Below are positions 36,263 through 46,619 of a stretch of 54,697 nucleotides of DNA, in pieces. The position numbers and the translations under genes were made by a program. The notes below the pieces were generated by a model. That model saw only the letters and a program-made list of their open reading frames with translations. It was not told the DNA's origin and made no database searches. The stretch lies in the IMG/VR virus record IMGVR_UViG_3300010401_000010, positions 1-54,697 of that record. One strand, written 5' to 3'. Source of the DNA: a virus. Taxonomy: Duplodnaviria > Caudoviricetes. Position 1 is the first letter of the stretch, and each line of letters starts with the position of its first letter.

Positions 36263-37971
36263 GATCGGCCCTCCTAGGATCCAGGCTGAACGAGTTCGCC
36301 GGCGCCCAGACGCGGAAGCCCCGGGCGCAGGTCCTCGTCGTCAACCCGAACCGCACCACCATGAACGCCGTCGCCAACGGCTCGAACGCTGAGCCGTGGG
36401 TGGATCTCTCCGCCTTCGTCGAGTCGGTCGCCTTGAAGTGGGTCGTGGGCTACGAGAACGGCAACGACCAGGGCGTCCCGTCGGCCCAGATCGTCTTCCA
36501 CCGAGCCCCGAACCGTGGTCTCAACTTCCGCGAGGGCCTGATCCAGGACGGCGTGATCGTCCAGATCCGGGTCGGCGATGATCGCGTGAGGAAGTCCGAA
36601 TGGGAGCCCGTGTTCACCGGCAAGTTCCGGGGAACGCCGGGCAACGACGCCGGCACGAGGGCTGACAAATCCGAGGGCTTCACCGCCACGGCCTACGGGC
36701 GCGAGGAGCAGTTCCTCAACCTGAAGATCGAGGCCACCGAAGCGAAACCCGCCGGGACGGACCTGGGCGAGATCGTGTTTCAGATCGCGGTGAAGATGGG
36801 ACTCACGCAGGGGGAGCTCCTGATCGGCGCCCTGGGCGTCGTCACCCAGCACGAGACGAATCAGATCGCGGACGAGCTCGCGCTCTCCGCCCTCTGGCAG
36901 TGCCTCTTCCCCGCCGGCAAGAAGCCCATGTTCGACGGCCGCGGCCGCCTGGTCGCCGTCGACTTCAACCTGGACAAGCCCGCCACGCGCATCTACTCCG
37001 AGGGCGATTTCGTCATCCGGTCGCTTCGGAAGACCCCCAACGAGATCGAGGTCAAGAACTCGGTCCTCATGGTGGGCCAGAACCACAACATGACGAAGCT
37101 GCCCCAGGAGGCCCAGCAGCTGAACGAGGTCATGCCGACCGTGGGCTTCTTCGAGAAGAGCTACAGCGAGAAACATTGGTTCAGCGACGACAAGAAGCAG
37201 CGGGCCGACGACACGCGTCTCGTCACCAAAACCAAGATCATCTGGTCGAACGGACGGTGGAGCCAGATCGACGAGTTCAAGGGCCGCCTGTCGATCGACA
37301 CCCACTGGCTGCAGGCGGCACGAATCATCATCTTCGTTACGTGGCTGGCTGCCCAACTCGCGGTGATCGCTATCGAGCTTCTGATCGATGAAGGCGTAAA
37401 CCCCAACACGCCCATCACGACCTCGACCGGCCCGACGACGCTCGCCATCCTGAAGAGCATCCTCAGCGTCATATCCCAGGTGGCTATGGCCTTCCTGCTA
37501 TGGGCCATGCAGTTCATCGGCCGCGGCCGGTACCAGATCTGGGGGAAGCCCTACGAGAACGCCTACCAGGAGCTCGAGGTCCGCGCCCAGCTTCCCGGCC
37601 TTCTCCCGGAACAGGTCCGGGAGGTGGAATACAAGAACGCCTTCATCAGCACCATGCCGGCGCTCCGCGCGGCCGCGATCGAGCGCCTGCGCCGAGAGCT
37701 GGTCAAGAATCAGGTCTACGAGATCGAGATGCTCGACGACCCCGGCCTCGAGGTCGACGACGTTTTCGAGACCTCAAACGGGGACCGGTTCTACACCCTC
37801 GCCCTCGCCCGCACGCTGCAGCGGAGCGGGCCCTCGCTGATGCAGGTGACCGCCTGGAAGGTGTTCGAGGACATGATCGGCAAAGCCCGCCGTCGGCAGG
37901 AAGCGGCAGATGCCACGGGCACGGTGGGCTATGGCCAGCTCTACGGCGAACTCTACGGGGAGGCTTTCTAA
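36259..37971 (+). CDS. Baseplate hub / tail tip protein (putative)
   Basis: WVDLS.FVES, PVFTG, FDGRG.L, DPGLEVDDV hub-like motifs; internal hydrophobic pair. Confidence 0.65.
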   Translation: MRSALLGSRLNEFAGAQTRKPRAQVLVVNPNRTTMNAVANGSNAEPWVDLSAFVESVALKWVVGYENGNDQGVPSAQIVFHRAPNRGLNFREGLIQDGVIVQIRVGDDRVRKSEWEPVFTGKFRGTPGNDAGTRADKSEGFTATAYGREEQFLNLKIEATEAKPAGTDLGEIVFQIAVKMGLTQGELLIGALGVVTQHETNQIADELALSALWQCLFPAGKKPMFDGRGRLVAVDFNLDKPATRIYSEGDFVIRSLRKTPNEIEVKNSVLMVGQNHNMTKLPQEAQQLNEVMPTVGFFEKSYSEKHWFSDDKKQRADDTRLVTKTKIIWSNGRWSQIDEFKGRLSIDTHWLQAARIIIFVTWLAAQLAVIAIELLIDEGVNPNTPITTSTGPTTLAILKSILSVISQVAMAFLLWAMQFIGRGRYQIWGKPYENAYQELEVRAQLPGLLPEQVREVEYKNAFISTMPALRAAAIERLRRELVKNQVYEIEMLDDPGLEVDDVFETSNGDRFYTLALARTLQRSGPSLMQVTAWKVFEDMIGKARRRQEAADATGTVGYGQLYGELYGEAF

Positions 37972-40900
37972 TGGCCGAGACCTTCACGCCCAATCTGCGG
38001 CTCAGTAAATTCGCCCAGGGCGAGCGCCCGCCGATTCTCAGCGCTGCAAAGCTCAACGAGAACTGGACCAAGACCGACTTGTACATCACCGCATTCGGGC
38101 TCAACGTGAAAGCCAAGGGTGCGATCGGTGACGGAGATCAAGATGACACGGAGGCAATCCAGGAGGCCTTCAATTCTGGGAAGCACGTCCTCCTCTTCGA
38201 CGGCACTTTCAAGGTAACCTCCAAGCTCACGCTTCCCGATTACGACATGCAGCTCATCTTCACCGCCGGATCGGTGATCGACGCATCCTCGGCCGACTTC
38301 CTCCTTTTCGAGTCCGCATACGACCGGGTCTACAAGTTCTCCGGGCAGGCCACGATCAAGGGCAGCGGAAACGTGGGCTCGAAGTTCTTCGCTGCCGAAG
38401 CTGGATCCGCCTCGGGCCCCGGGATCATCATGGAGGACTACTTCATCGTCCGCAATTTCGAGATCATGATGGACAGCCCGAACGGAACGGGCTGCTTCGC
38501 CTTCCTCCGCTCCGTCTACTGGCTGACCGCCAGCCTCACCACGGCTCTTCACGCGAGAGCGGTTCAGCCAGGGAACAGCGTGATCTTCGCGTTCCATTCG
38601 AATTTCATCTCCGAGGGCGGCGGCGAGTGGGGAACCGGCCACGGAGGATTCGAGGGCGGGATCAGCTTCGAAGCGATCGGCGAGCACGTGAACCTCTACA
38701 CGAAAGGCGAGTTCGCCTTCTTCAATGTGGTGGGGGTTGACTTCGGGTACGGCTCTTTGAAGTTCATCGGAACCGAGCCCAGCCAGAGCATCGTCGGCTG
38801 CTACTTTGTGCCCACGAAGGCCGGACAGCTGAACTGGATCGACAACACGGGCGCCGCCGGCTCCGAAATGCAAATCGCGAACACTCTTTTCGTGGCCGGC
38901 GGCGACATGACGGAGGTCATCAAGACCGACAAGAGCCGTTGTCGCCTCCTGGGGGTCAACTTCCAGGGAGTCGCCGGCGCACAAAACACGTTCAAGGAAA
39001 TCAATAGCGCGGACTACAACGAGCTCGTGGGCTGCGTGAATCTGGGCGACGGAGGGGGCCCCACGATTATCGGGGCGAACACTCGGATCAATGGCTCTCT
39101 GGATCGGAACGTCGTGGATTTCGGGGCCGATCCCACTGGGACCAACGATTCCGCCCCAGCATTTTCCAGAGCGATCGCGGCCTCAGGAAAGAGGATCGTT
39201 GCGGACGGAACCTTCAAAGTCAATTCCATGCTCACATTCCCGGACCGCGACGTGGACATCCAGCTGGCTCCCGGGACCACGATCGACATAGGCAACAACG
39301 TCATCACGCTGTTCAAAGTGCCGACCGGTCTGACCGAGAAGCGTCGGTATCGCGTGATTGGCGGCAAGAAGATCATCGGTGGGAACGTAGCCGGTCAAAC
39401 GTTGGTCGAGCAGGCCGACTCCAATTCGAGAGGGGTGATCAATTTCGTGGACGTCGCTCTGATCTCGGACTTTCGCACGATCCTGAACCAGTCCGCCGGC
39501 GCTTTGTCCTTCGTGCAGGACAGCGTCGTGAGAGCGTTCTTCACCAGGTGCAAGATCGTTCCGCCAACCGACGGATCCGTGCTCCTGAAGACTGCCTCTG
39601 CGGCTGGAACCTACGGATACCCGGCGGCAGCGCACTTCGAAGACTGCCCCCTCTGGTCCGAGATCGCACCCGGGCAGAAGGGATGGACCTTCAGCTACGA
39701 CGGCGACATCCTCTGCAAGGGCTACGTGTCGGGCACCTTCAAGGGCACCTGCAAGTGCGACGGTCTCAATACCAGCGGGCCCGTTTTCGCGCTGAACGGG
39801 GCGACCGCAGACGGCACGGATTCGCTGGAAGCTCTTGGCGTGACCTACGACTCCGGCGACGAGATCGGCAACGCCTTCCTGGACAACATCATCCTCAAAT
39901 TCTCCGCTAACAGTTTCTTGATCAAAGGGCCGGGCCTGTCGAGCCGGTCGAAGCTGATTCTGAATGCGTCGACTCTGTCGGTTGTAAACCCGCGCCTCTT
40001 CTTCAGCCTGGCCGACCCAGACGTCCGCATTGACGTGCTCGCCGGCGCTGACAACTGCGAGGTCATCGGTGGGCATCTGGGAAACGCGACGACCGCGCTG
40101 ATCAGAACTGCGGCCGATGGACTTCGGGTGGCGGATTGCGATCTGGACGCCACGGGGAACGTAAAGACGATTCTGGAATCCGGAGCTGCGGACGGAACTT
40201 CAATCGTCAATTGCACGGGGTTGGGCACGGGCGGTGGACCAACGATCATCGGCCCGCGCACGAAGATCAATGGGTCTCTCGAGCGGAATGTGACCGACTT
40301 CGGAGCGGATCCGACAGGTGCAGCATCCTCGATGGACGCCATCCGCGCCGCCCTGGAATCGGCCTGTCCCACCGCCGGAGACCAGGGAACGGTGGTGTTC
40401 GAAGCCGGGACCTATCTCTGGGATGAAACCCTGGAGATCGGCGACATCGAGCCCAGCTTCATCTTCAAGAAGGGCGCCAAGCTCATCCATACCGGCCTGG
40501 GGGCAAACCCTGCCATCAAGTTCCTGGACGGTCTGACCGCGGTTCGGAAGCCCCTTTTCGTCGACATGGAGTCGGAGGGAAACGATTCGGCAACCGATTC
40601 CCTCTTCGAGCTCAACGACGAAGGCTCGCTCTGCAAGCCCCTGATCATCCGACCCCAGCTGAAGGAATGGAGGACCGTGGTCGACATCGTCGGCGCGGAC
40701 CTCACCTACGCGGAGCCGGTCCGCGTCAGATTCGAAGGCGGCCGCATCTTCTCGCCGAACGCCGCGAGCCCGCTGATCAAGACGCCGGACTCGGCCGGCA
40801 CCTACGGCTTCGGCGCCGTCGTCGAATTCATCGGCACCTCGCTTGACGACGACCAGGGCTCGTCTCCGGGCTGGACGATCGACTTCGACGGCGATTTGAT

Positions 40901-41447
40901 CCTTCATGACATCATCGTCCTGAGGCTGGGCGGAGATTCGGCGGTGGATGGATTCCAGCCGAGCGGGACTTCTTGGCTCGGTGGATCTTCGACGATCACA
41001 CAGTACGGGGCAAACTACTGGTCCACCGACCAGGGAGACATCGGCTTCAGTGGCACCGTGATCTTCAAGGTTAGTAATGGCGGCTTCAGGGTGGTCCTGG
41101 CCAACGGTGCAAGCATCCTTGTCAACGGGGTTGCGGTCGAGATCGACATCAGCATCACCTACCCGAACGTTGTGGCCGCGATCGCGGTGGACATTCCCAC
41201 GGGCATGGACTACGCGCGAATCACCGGCCTCTTCGGGGATCACGCGACGGCTGCCATCCGGACAGCTGCGACCAAGGGCAGCTTCTCGTGCCGCTTCAAA
41301 TCCACCGGAGCTCACAAGACCGTTCAGGAACTGGCGGGTGCGGACTACAACGTCGCCGCAGGGTGTTCCGGACTCGCGGCCGGCGGCGGTGTGACCGTTG
41401 TAGGGGCGAACTCCCGATACGACACGACCATCGCGAATTCTGCTTAG
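37971..41447 (+). CDS. Tail spike / receptor-binding protein with three pectate-lyase-like beta-helix modules (1158 aa)
   Basis: TPNL.L...LNENW anchor; three NV.xxGA.xxG..D...A motifs. Confidence 0.8.
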   Translation: MAETFTPNLRLSKFAQGERPPILSAAKLNENWTKTDLYITAFGLNVKAKGAIGDGDQDDTEAIQEAFNSGKHVLLFDGTFKVTSKLTLPDYDMQLIFTAGSVIDASSADFLLFESAYDRVYKFSGQATIKGSGNVGSKFFAAEAGSASGPGIIMEDYFIVRNFEIMMDSPNGTGCFAFLRSVYWLTASLTTALHARAVQPGNSVIFAFHSNFISEGGGEWGTGHGGFEGGISFEAIGEHVNLYTKGEFAFFNVVGVDFGYGSLKFIGTEPSQSIVGCYFVPTKAGQLNWIDNTGAAGSEMQIANTLFVAGGDMTEVIKTDKSRCRLLGVNFQGVAGAQNTFKEINSADYNELVGCVNLGDGGGPTIIGANTRINGSLDRNVVDFGADPTGTNDSAPAFSRAIAASGKRIVADGTFKVNSMLTFPDRDVDIQLAPGTTIDIGNNVITLFKVPTGLTEKRRYRVIGGKKIIGGNVAGQTLVEQADSNSRGVINFVDVALISDFRTILNQSAGALSFVQDSVVRAFFTRCKIVPPTDGSVLLKTASAAGTYGYPAAAHFEDCPLWSEIAPGQKGWTFSYDGDILCKGYVSGTFKGTCKCDGLNTSGPVFALNGATADGTDSLEALGVTYDSGDEIGNAFLDNIILKFSANSFLIKGPGLSSRSKLILNASTLSVVNPRLFFSLADPDVRIDVLAGADNCEVIGGHLGNATTALIRTAADGLRVADCDLDATGNVKTILESGAADGTSIVNCTGLGTGGGPTIIGPRTKINGSLERNVTDFGADPTGAASSMDAIRAALESACPTAGDQGTVVFEAGTYLWDETLEIGDIEPSFIFKKGAKLIHTGLGANPAIKFLDGLTAVRKPLFVDMESEGNDSATDSLFELNDEGSLCKPLIIRPQLKEWRTVVDIVGADLTYAEPVRVRFEGGRIFSPNAASPLIKTPDSAGTYGFGAVVEFIGTSLDDDQGSSPGWTIDFDGDLILHDIIVLRLGGDSAVDGFQPSGTSWLGGSSTITQYGANYWSTDQGDIGFSGTVIFKVSNGGFRVVLANGASILVNGVAVEIDISITYPNVVAAIAVDIPTGMDYARITGLFGDHATAAIRTAATKGSFSCRFKSTGAHKTVQELAGADYNVAAGCSGLAAGGGVTVVGANSRYDTTIANSA

Positions 41448-41457
41448 AGGGGGACCA

Positions 41458-41634
41458 ATGGCAAACGAAGTGAACTGCATCAAGTGTGGTGCCGAGATCC
41501 AGCCCGCAGAAGTCCAGCGTCCCAGCTATGTGGTCAAGGCGACGAACAAGAAGATCACGCCGCTCCCGAAGTGCGCCGAGTGCCGCGCGGCTTGGGAAGC
41601 GGCGGCAACGGGAGTCGAGAAGGTTCAGAACTAG
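41458..41634 (+). CDS. Small Zn-ribbon protein (58 aa, not in ORF track)
   Basis: GAGGGGG RBS; MANEVNCIKCG...KCAECR; fills the gap between neighbours. Confidence 0.65.
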   Translation: MANEVNCIKCGAEIQPAEVQRPSYVVKATNKKITPLPKCAECRAAWEAAATGVEKVQN

Positions 41635-41637
41635 CCC

Positions 41638-42297
41638 ATGGCCAGCATCCCCTTCATCAGCCGTCGTGAGATCGAGGAGCACCGCAAGACCCGGAACGGG
41701 ATCACCGCGGAGCAGCCGCGCTACGTCGTCGTCGACCAGGCCGGGAACAAGGAATGGGTCGTCGACGTCTTCCTGGGGATGGCGCGGACGGGGCAGCCGA
41801 GCATCGTCCGCGCCTGCCCGATCGCGCCCATCGCGCACGAGCTGATCACCGACGTCCGGATGCCCGTCGAGCTGGAGCGAAACAAGCAGGGCAAGTTCAC
41901 GGTCATCGGCCGGGCCAAGGTGGTGCCGGCCGGCGCCCAGATGCCCGACGACTCCATCCTCAACCCGACCTACCAGGAGGTCCGACCGAACCTCGCCGAG
42001 CTGGGGCTCCTCTGGATCCAGGACGTGGACTTGACCCTCGAGAGGTGGGGCGAGAAGGCATGGGGCGCGCCCGGGAAGCCGTGGCGGCGGGTCACGATGA
42101 AGGACGCCTTCGGGGCGGAGATCATCGGCCCGGATACGGATCCGGAGGACGTCCCGCCGCTGCTCTCCCTCACTCCGACGACGTCCATCGTCACCCGGCA
42201 TACGAAGCTCGCCCGAATTCCTTGGGGTTCTCGGGCATGGGGATCGTGGCCCTGGGGCGGCCACGAGCAGATCACCATCGAACTCGTTGAGGAATAG
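41638..42297 (+). CDS. Tail-associated protein with WG repeats
   Basis: WGEKAWG and WGSRAWGSWPWGG. Confidence 0.6.
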   Translation: MASIPFISRREIEEHRKTRNGITAEQPRYVVVDQAGNKEWVVDVFLGMARTGQPSIVRACPIAPIAHELITDVRMPVELERNKQGKFTVIGRAKVVPAGAQMPDDSILNPTYQEVRPNLAELGLLWIQDVDLTLERWGEKAWGAPGKPWRRVTMKDAFGAEIIGPDTDPEDVPPLLSLTPTTSIVTRHTKLARIPWGSRAWGSWPWGGHEQITIELVEE

Positions 42298-42306
42298 GAG
42301 AAAACC

Positions 42307-43329
42307 ATGCCGCTCAGCCTGGAAGAGATCACCGACGGGGGCTTCGACTACCCCGAGAAGATCGAGGAGAATTTCGCCGCTATCCAGAGCTTCGTCAACT
42401 CACTCGCCCAGCAGGTCCTCGCCGCGAGCGGCGACGGCGCGAGCCTGATTCTCGACGTCTTCGACCGGCCCGGCCTGGTCGGCACGCACTCCTACGTCCT
42501 CGACCAGGACGCGTACGCTGGCGGGGCCGAGATCCTGATCGGCCGGCGGCCGGCGCCCAACATCCTCTTCGGGGAACTGAACGTCTCCGCCGCGTGGGGG
42601 ACCTTCGCGGGAGAGACGCAGAAGGTCCAGCAGAACGGCGACGTCACCCTGGACGCGGCGCCCTTTCTGGCGGGGCTGCCCAAGACCATCTATGTGGGTA
42701 TCGGATCGAGCGGAACAGCCCAGCTCTACGAAGACAACCTCGAGGCCGAGATCCTCTACATCTACTCGATGACCTGGAACGGGTTCAACCTCACCAACTT
42801 CAAGCGCCTCGGCCATTACCTCCCGGCCTACTCGCTCTTCCAGAGCATGGTGAAGCACGCCCAGGTCGTGCAGATCTCCGACTGGGAAACCCAGTGGACA
42901 GGGGACCTCGTGGCGGAGATGTCCCTGCCCCTCCACGGTGGACCGCTGGCGAACGAGATCGGCGTCAACCATGCCGTCGAGGTCATCGGCGGGTTCGTGG
43001 ATATCCCGCGCGCGGGCGCGGGACGCTTCCATTCGCCGAGCGCCACCGAGAACACCCTCGTGCTCAAGCTGATGGCCGCCGGCGTCAAGTGGAACCTCGA
43101 CCCCATCGAGATCGACGTGGCGAACTGCCCCGACCGCATCTACTTCCAGATCGACGAGGGTGCGGTGGGCGACGACCGGTTCGTCACCGACGTCGAGGAC
43201 TTCCGCCTCGAGCGGGTGTCCATCGGCGCCCACGTCGTCAGCGCCCGCGGGTACACCCTCGGGCTCTTCGTGCGACCGATCCTCGGCATGCCCATCCCGA
43301 AGGACAACGACTCTGTCGACCAGGTATAG
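42307..43329 (+). CDS. Putative virion structural protein
   Basis: AGGAG RBS; N-terminal KIEENFAAIQ coiled anchor. Confidence 0.6.
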   Translation: MPLSLEEITDGGFDYPEKIEENFAAIQSFVNSLAQQVLAASGDGASLILDVFDRPGLVGTHSYVLDQDAYAGGAEILIGRRPAPNILFGELNVSAAWGTFAGETQKVQQNGDVTLDAAPFLAGLPKTIYVGIGSSGTAQLYEDNLEAEILYIYSMTWNGFNLTNFKRLGHYLPAYSLFQSMVKHAQVVQISDWETQWTGDLVAEMSLPLHGGPLANEIGVNHAVEVIGGFVDIPRAGAGRFHSPSATENTLVLKLMAAGVKWNLDPIEIDVANCPDRIYFQIDEGAVGDDRFVTDVEDFRLERVSIGAHVVSARGYTLGLFVRPILGMPIPKDNDSVDQV

Positions 43330-43353
43330 AACTCGAATTGAAGGGAGACCCTC

Positions 43354-43830
43354 ATGGCTGCAGGAAAATGGAAGGTCTACGACAAGGCGAAAGTCCGTCT
43401 CGCGGACGGCACGTTCGACATGGACAACACGGGGCTCGGCCTCACGATGGCCCTGTTCCTGTCGACGTCGAACTGCGAGACGCTGGGCGTGGGCACGGGC
43501 GTGTACGGCGACCTCACGAACGAGCACGCCAACGGCAACGGCTACACGACCGGCGGCATCGCGCTGACCGGCGAGACCTGGACGAACTCGACCAGCACCA
43601 CGACGTTCGACTGTGACGATGTCACGTGGACGGCGTCGGGGGGCTCGATCGTGGCGCGGTTCGCCGTGATCTACTGCAACGCGACGGTCAACTCGATCGT
43701 CAAGCCGCTCCTCTGCGTCTCCCTGCTCGACACCACGCCGGCGAACGTCACGGCGACGGACGGGAACACGTTCAAGGTGGCGATCAACGCGAGCGGAGTC
43801 TTCACGCTCTCCGGAGCGACTTCGGACTAG
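43354..43830 (+). CDS. Putative fibre adaptor / virion protein
   Basis: NGYTTGG..L...FDCDDVTWTASGGSI.AR.AVIY family motif. Confidence 0.65.
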   Translation: MAAGKWKVYDKAKVRLADGTFDMDNTGLGLTMALFLSTSNCETLGVGTGVYGDLTNEHANGNGYTTGGIALTGETWTNSTSTTTFDCDDVTWTASGGSIVARFAVIYCNATVNSIVKPLLCVSLLDTTPANVTATDGNTFKVAINASGVFTLSGATSD

Positions 43831-43844
43831 GAAAGGAGGCGACC

Positions 43845-44084
43845 GTGGCGATCGGCGGAATCCCCGAGGAGTTTGAACTCCACATCAAGTTCAACACCCG
43901 CACGAACGATTGCTTCGTGTCGGGGAAGCTCAAGAACAAGGAGCTGTGCTACCGGGCGCTGGAGCTGGCGAAGGACGTGCTCGATCAGCAGTACCGCAAG
44001 ATGGCGCGCGAGCTGGCCCAGCAGCCCGGGATCGTTCAGGCCGACGTCGAAGGGCTGAAGCGGATGTTGAGGAACGGCGGATAA
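43845..44084 (+). CDS. Hypothetical protein
   Basis: AGGAGG RBS with GTG. Confidence 0.65.
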   Translation: MAIGGIPEEFELHIKFNTRTNDCFVSGKLKNKELCYRALELAKDVLDQQYRKMARELAQQPGIVQADVEGLKRMLRNGG

Positions 44085-44088
44085 GTAG

Positions 44089-46155
44089 ATGGCGCTGACA
44101 GGAACCGACCGAGGTCAAGGAACCCACAACACGAGCGCAACTTCCTTCGGATTTGCGCCAGGCTCCAACCTCACGGCGGCGGCCCTGGCGGTGCTCTGCG
44201 TGGCTGCCGACAACGCCCACTCTGGTGGCACGGCCATGACCATCACCGTCACCGACACCAAGAACAATACCTGGACCCGGCGGTGCTCCGCCCTGATTGA
44301 TCCCGGCGCGGCGAACGCCGGTCAAGAAGGAGCCATCTTCACGACGCCCCAGGACAACGGTACTCTGACGACCGGAGACACTATCACCGTCTCTTTCGGA
44401 TCTGACACTCCGACGGCAAAGACGTGGACGCTGATGGAAGTTACGGGCTCCGTCGGCGTGCCGGCATTCAAGGAGCAGAATGTCGGCACCAGTGGCACAG
44501 GCGGCACGTCGCCAACCATCACGACCACGAACAACGTCCGCAATGGACAAATGGTCATCGCTGCACTATTCCTGGAAGCAGGTACGACCGAGACGATCAC
44601 CCAGGACGGCGACACCACCAACGGCAGCTGGTCGACCCAGCAGACAGCTGAGATCGGATCGACGACTTCCGGCAGCAACATCGCGTCACAGCGCAAGGTG
44701 GTCACGGCGACAGCCACTCAGACGTACAACCCTACCCTTGGGATCGCAGGCGATCTCTGCCTGGCGTACATCACAGTCGGCGAAGACATCACGGTTACAG
44801 CCGGACTTGGGCAGCCGACGGTCACCGGCTTTGCTCCGACGGTAACGGTCACAAGCAATCAGACCGTCACGCCGGCGCTCGGGCAGCCGACGCTGGCCGG
44901 CCTCGCCCCCACGGCGCAGATCTCCGATAACAAAACATCGACACCCGGGCTCGGCCAGATTGCCGTCGACGGCTTCGCGCCGACGGTCCTCGTTTCGGTT
45001 ACGGCCTTCACGAGCGTCGGCCAGCCGGTGCTTACTGGATTTGCGCCTTCAGTCCAGATCTCGGACAATCAAGTTGCGACTCCGGGTCTCGGACAGCCGG
45101 TTCTTACCGGCCTCGCGCCGACCTTCCAGACTTCCGATAATCAAGCGGCGACACCAGCGCTCGGGTCCTTGGATCTGACCGGAGCCGCCCCGACGGTGCA
45201 GATCTCGGACAATCAAATGGCGGCGCCGGACGTCGGGGCCATGGCCGTCACGGGATTCAGCCCGACGATACTGATCTCCGTGACGGTGTTTTCGGACACG
45301 GGTGCGCTCGTCGTCACAGGCTTCGCGCCCACCGTAGAGATCTCCGACAATCAGGTTGCTGCCCCAGAACTCGGACAGCTGGCGCTGACGGGATTCCCTC
45401 CCGTCGTGGAGCTGCCGCTCGTTGTGAGCCCTGGGCTCGGGGATATCACATTCGCAGGGTTCTCTCCCACGATCGAGATCTCGGAAGGCTTCAGTCCTGG
45501 CACGGGCGAGCTGAGTCTGACCGGCTTCTCTCCCACCGTCGAACTTCCTGTCGTAGCGACGCCTAGCCTCGGCGCGGTGACTATCACGGGGTTCGCTCCT
45601 TCCGTCCTTATCTCGGTTACGGCAACAGCCGGCACCGGAGCTCTCAGTCTCACGGGCTTGGCACCAGCTGTCCGGATCTCGGTGACGGCAAGTCCGGATT
45701 CCGGAACAATCGATCTGCAAGGCTTCGCACCCTCCGTGGTTGTCACCAACAATGCACTCGTCGCGCCGGGGAACGGCGACGTCTTGTTGACCGGCTACGC
45801 ACCAACAGTCACGGGGTCCACCTCACCTCCGGTAGAGGAAGGCGTCATTGAGCAGTTCGGTGGCGCCAGATTTGAGCCTGTAGATCTCCAAGGCTCTGAG
45901 GTATTCGTGAGGGTCAAGCAGCGACAGGAGACCAACAGCTTCCGGGTGCAACTCGCCCGAGAGGACGGAGTGCCTCTTCCCCTTAGAGGCGCAGCGGTGT
46001 CATTGCTCTGTGATGGCAAGGAGTATCCCGTTCGCTCCGTGAGAAACGGTGCGGTGACGTTCACGTGCCCGGAGGTTAGCAAACGAACTTTGATCCGGGT
46101 CGCACGGCATGGCAGGCCGTTGCTGATGGTTCCTCTTGAAAACCTGTTGCGCTAG
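44089..46155 (+). CDS. Thr/Ser-rich repeat fibre protein
   Basis: 15 repeats of 22-24 aa (consensus like TPGLG.L.LTGFAPTV.IS) after a Thr-rich N-terminal domain. Confidence 0.7.
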   Translation: MALTGTDRGQGTHNTSATSFGFAPGSNLTAAALAVLCVAADNAHSGGTAMTITVTDTKNNTWTRRCSALIDPGAANAGQEGAIFTTPQDNGTLTTGDTITVSFGSDTPTAKTWTLMEVTGSVGVPAFKEQNVGTSGTGGTSPTITTTNNVRNGQMVIAALFLEAGTTETITQDGDTTNGSWSTQQTAEIGSTTSGSNIASQRKVVTATATQTYNPTLGIAGDLCLAYITVGEDITVTAGLGQPTVTGFAPTVTVTSNQTVTPALGQPTLAGLAPTAQISDNKTSTPGLGQIAVDGFAPTVLVSVTAFTSVGQPVLTGFAPSVQISDNQVATPGLGQPVLTGLAPTFQTSDNQAATPALGSLDLTGAAPTVQISDNQMAAPDVGAMAVTGFSPTILISVTVFSDTGALVVTGFAPTVEISDNQVAAPELGQLALTGFPPVVELPLVVSPGLGDITFAGFSPTIEISEGFSPGTGELSLTGFSPTVELPVVATPSLGAVTITGFAPSVLISVTATAGTGALSLTGLAPAVRISVTASPDSGTIDLQGFAPSVVVTNNALVAPGNGDVLLTGYAPTVTGSTSPPVEEGVIEQFGGARFEPVDLQGSEVFVRVKQRQETNSFRVQLAREDGVPLPLRGAAVSLLCDGKEYPVRSVRNGAVTFTCPEVSKRTLIRVARHGRPLLMVPLENLLR

Positions 46156-46187
46156 AACTTCGACGACCGGGGGGATGGGAGAGAGAG

Positions 46188-46619
46188 ATGCAGACCGCGG
46201 ATTTGCTTCGCGCGGCCGCCCAGGCACTAGGGGTCACGACGGCCAAGCTCGACGAGGTCCTCCTGTGGCAGCGGCATCTCGCCCAGGAGCAGAAGCTCCA
46301 GGGAGAGCGCATCGCCAAGCTCGAGAAGGGGGAGGAGTGGACCGGCGAAGAGCGGCGCAACGTGCGCGAGCGGCTGAAGACCGGAGACCACACCTTCGAT
46401 GCGATCAAGGAGATCGCGGTCGACGCCAAGAAGACGGCCGATAGCGCCAAGCTCATGCTGGCCGAGGTGCTCAAGCGCCGGGCCTCCGACGGCACCCGAG
46501 TCCGCTCGAAGTGGTTGGAGTTTCTCAAGCTGGCCGCGCCGTACATCTGGGCGACTCTGTCGGCGGCTGGATCCTGGATCGCAGCCAAGTTCACGTATAC
46601 GGGGGGAGGACATCCCTAA
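46188..46619 (+). CDS. Holin-like protein (coiled coil plus C-terminal hydrophobic helix)
   Basis: Architecture and position after structural genes. Confidence 0.4.
   Translation: MQTADLLRAAAQALGVTTAKLDEVLLWQRHLAQEQKLQGERIAKLEKGEEWTGEERRNVRERLKTGDHTFDAIKEIAVDAKKTADSAKLMLAEVLKRRASDGTRVRSKWLEFLKLAAPYIWATLSAAGSWIAAKFTYTGGGHP

Noticed and set aside
37500-37970. N-terminal extensions given by the ORF track (also 35362, 20946, 51500, 52147)
   Set aside because: They overlap upstream genes in another frame; downstream starts have an RBS or stop-start coupling
37971-41447. Diversity-generating retroelement
   Set aside because: No reverse transcriptase, and repeat differences are not adenine-specific
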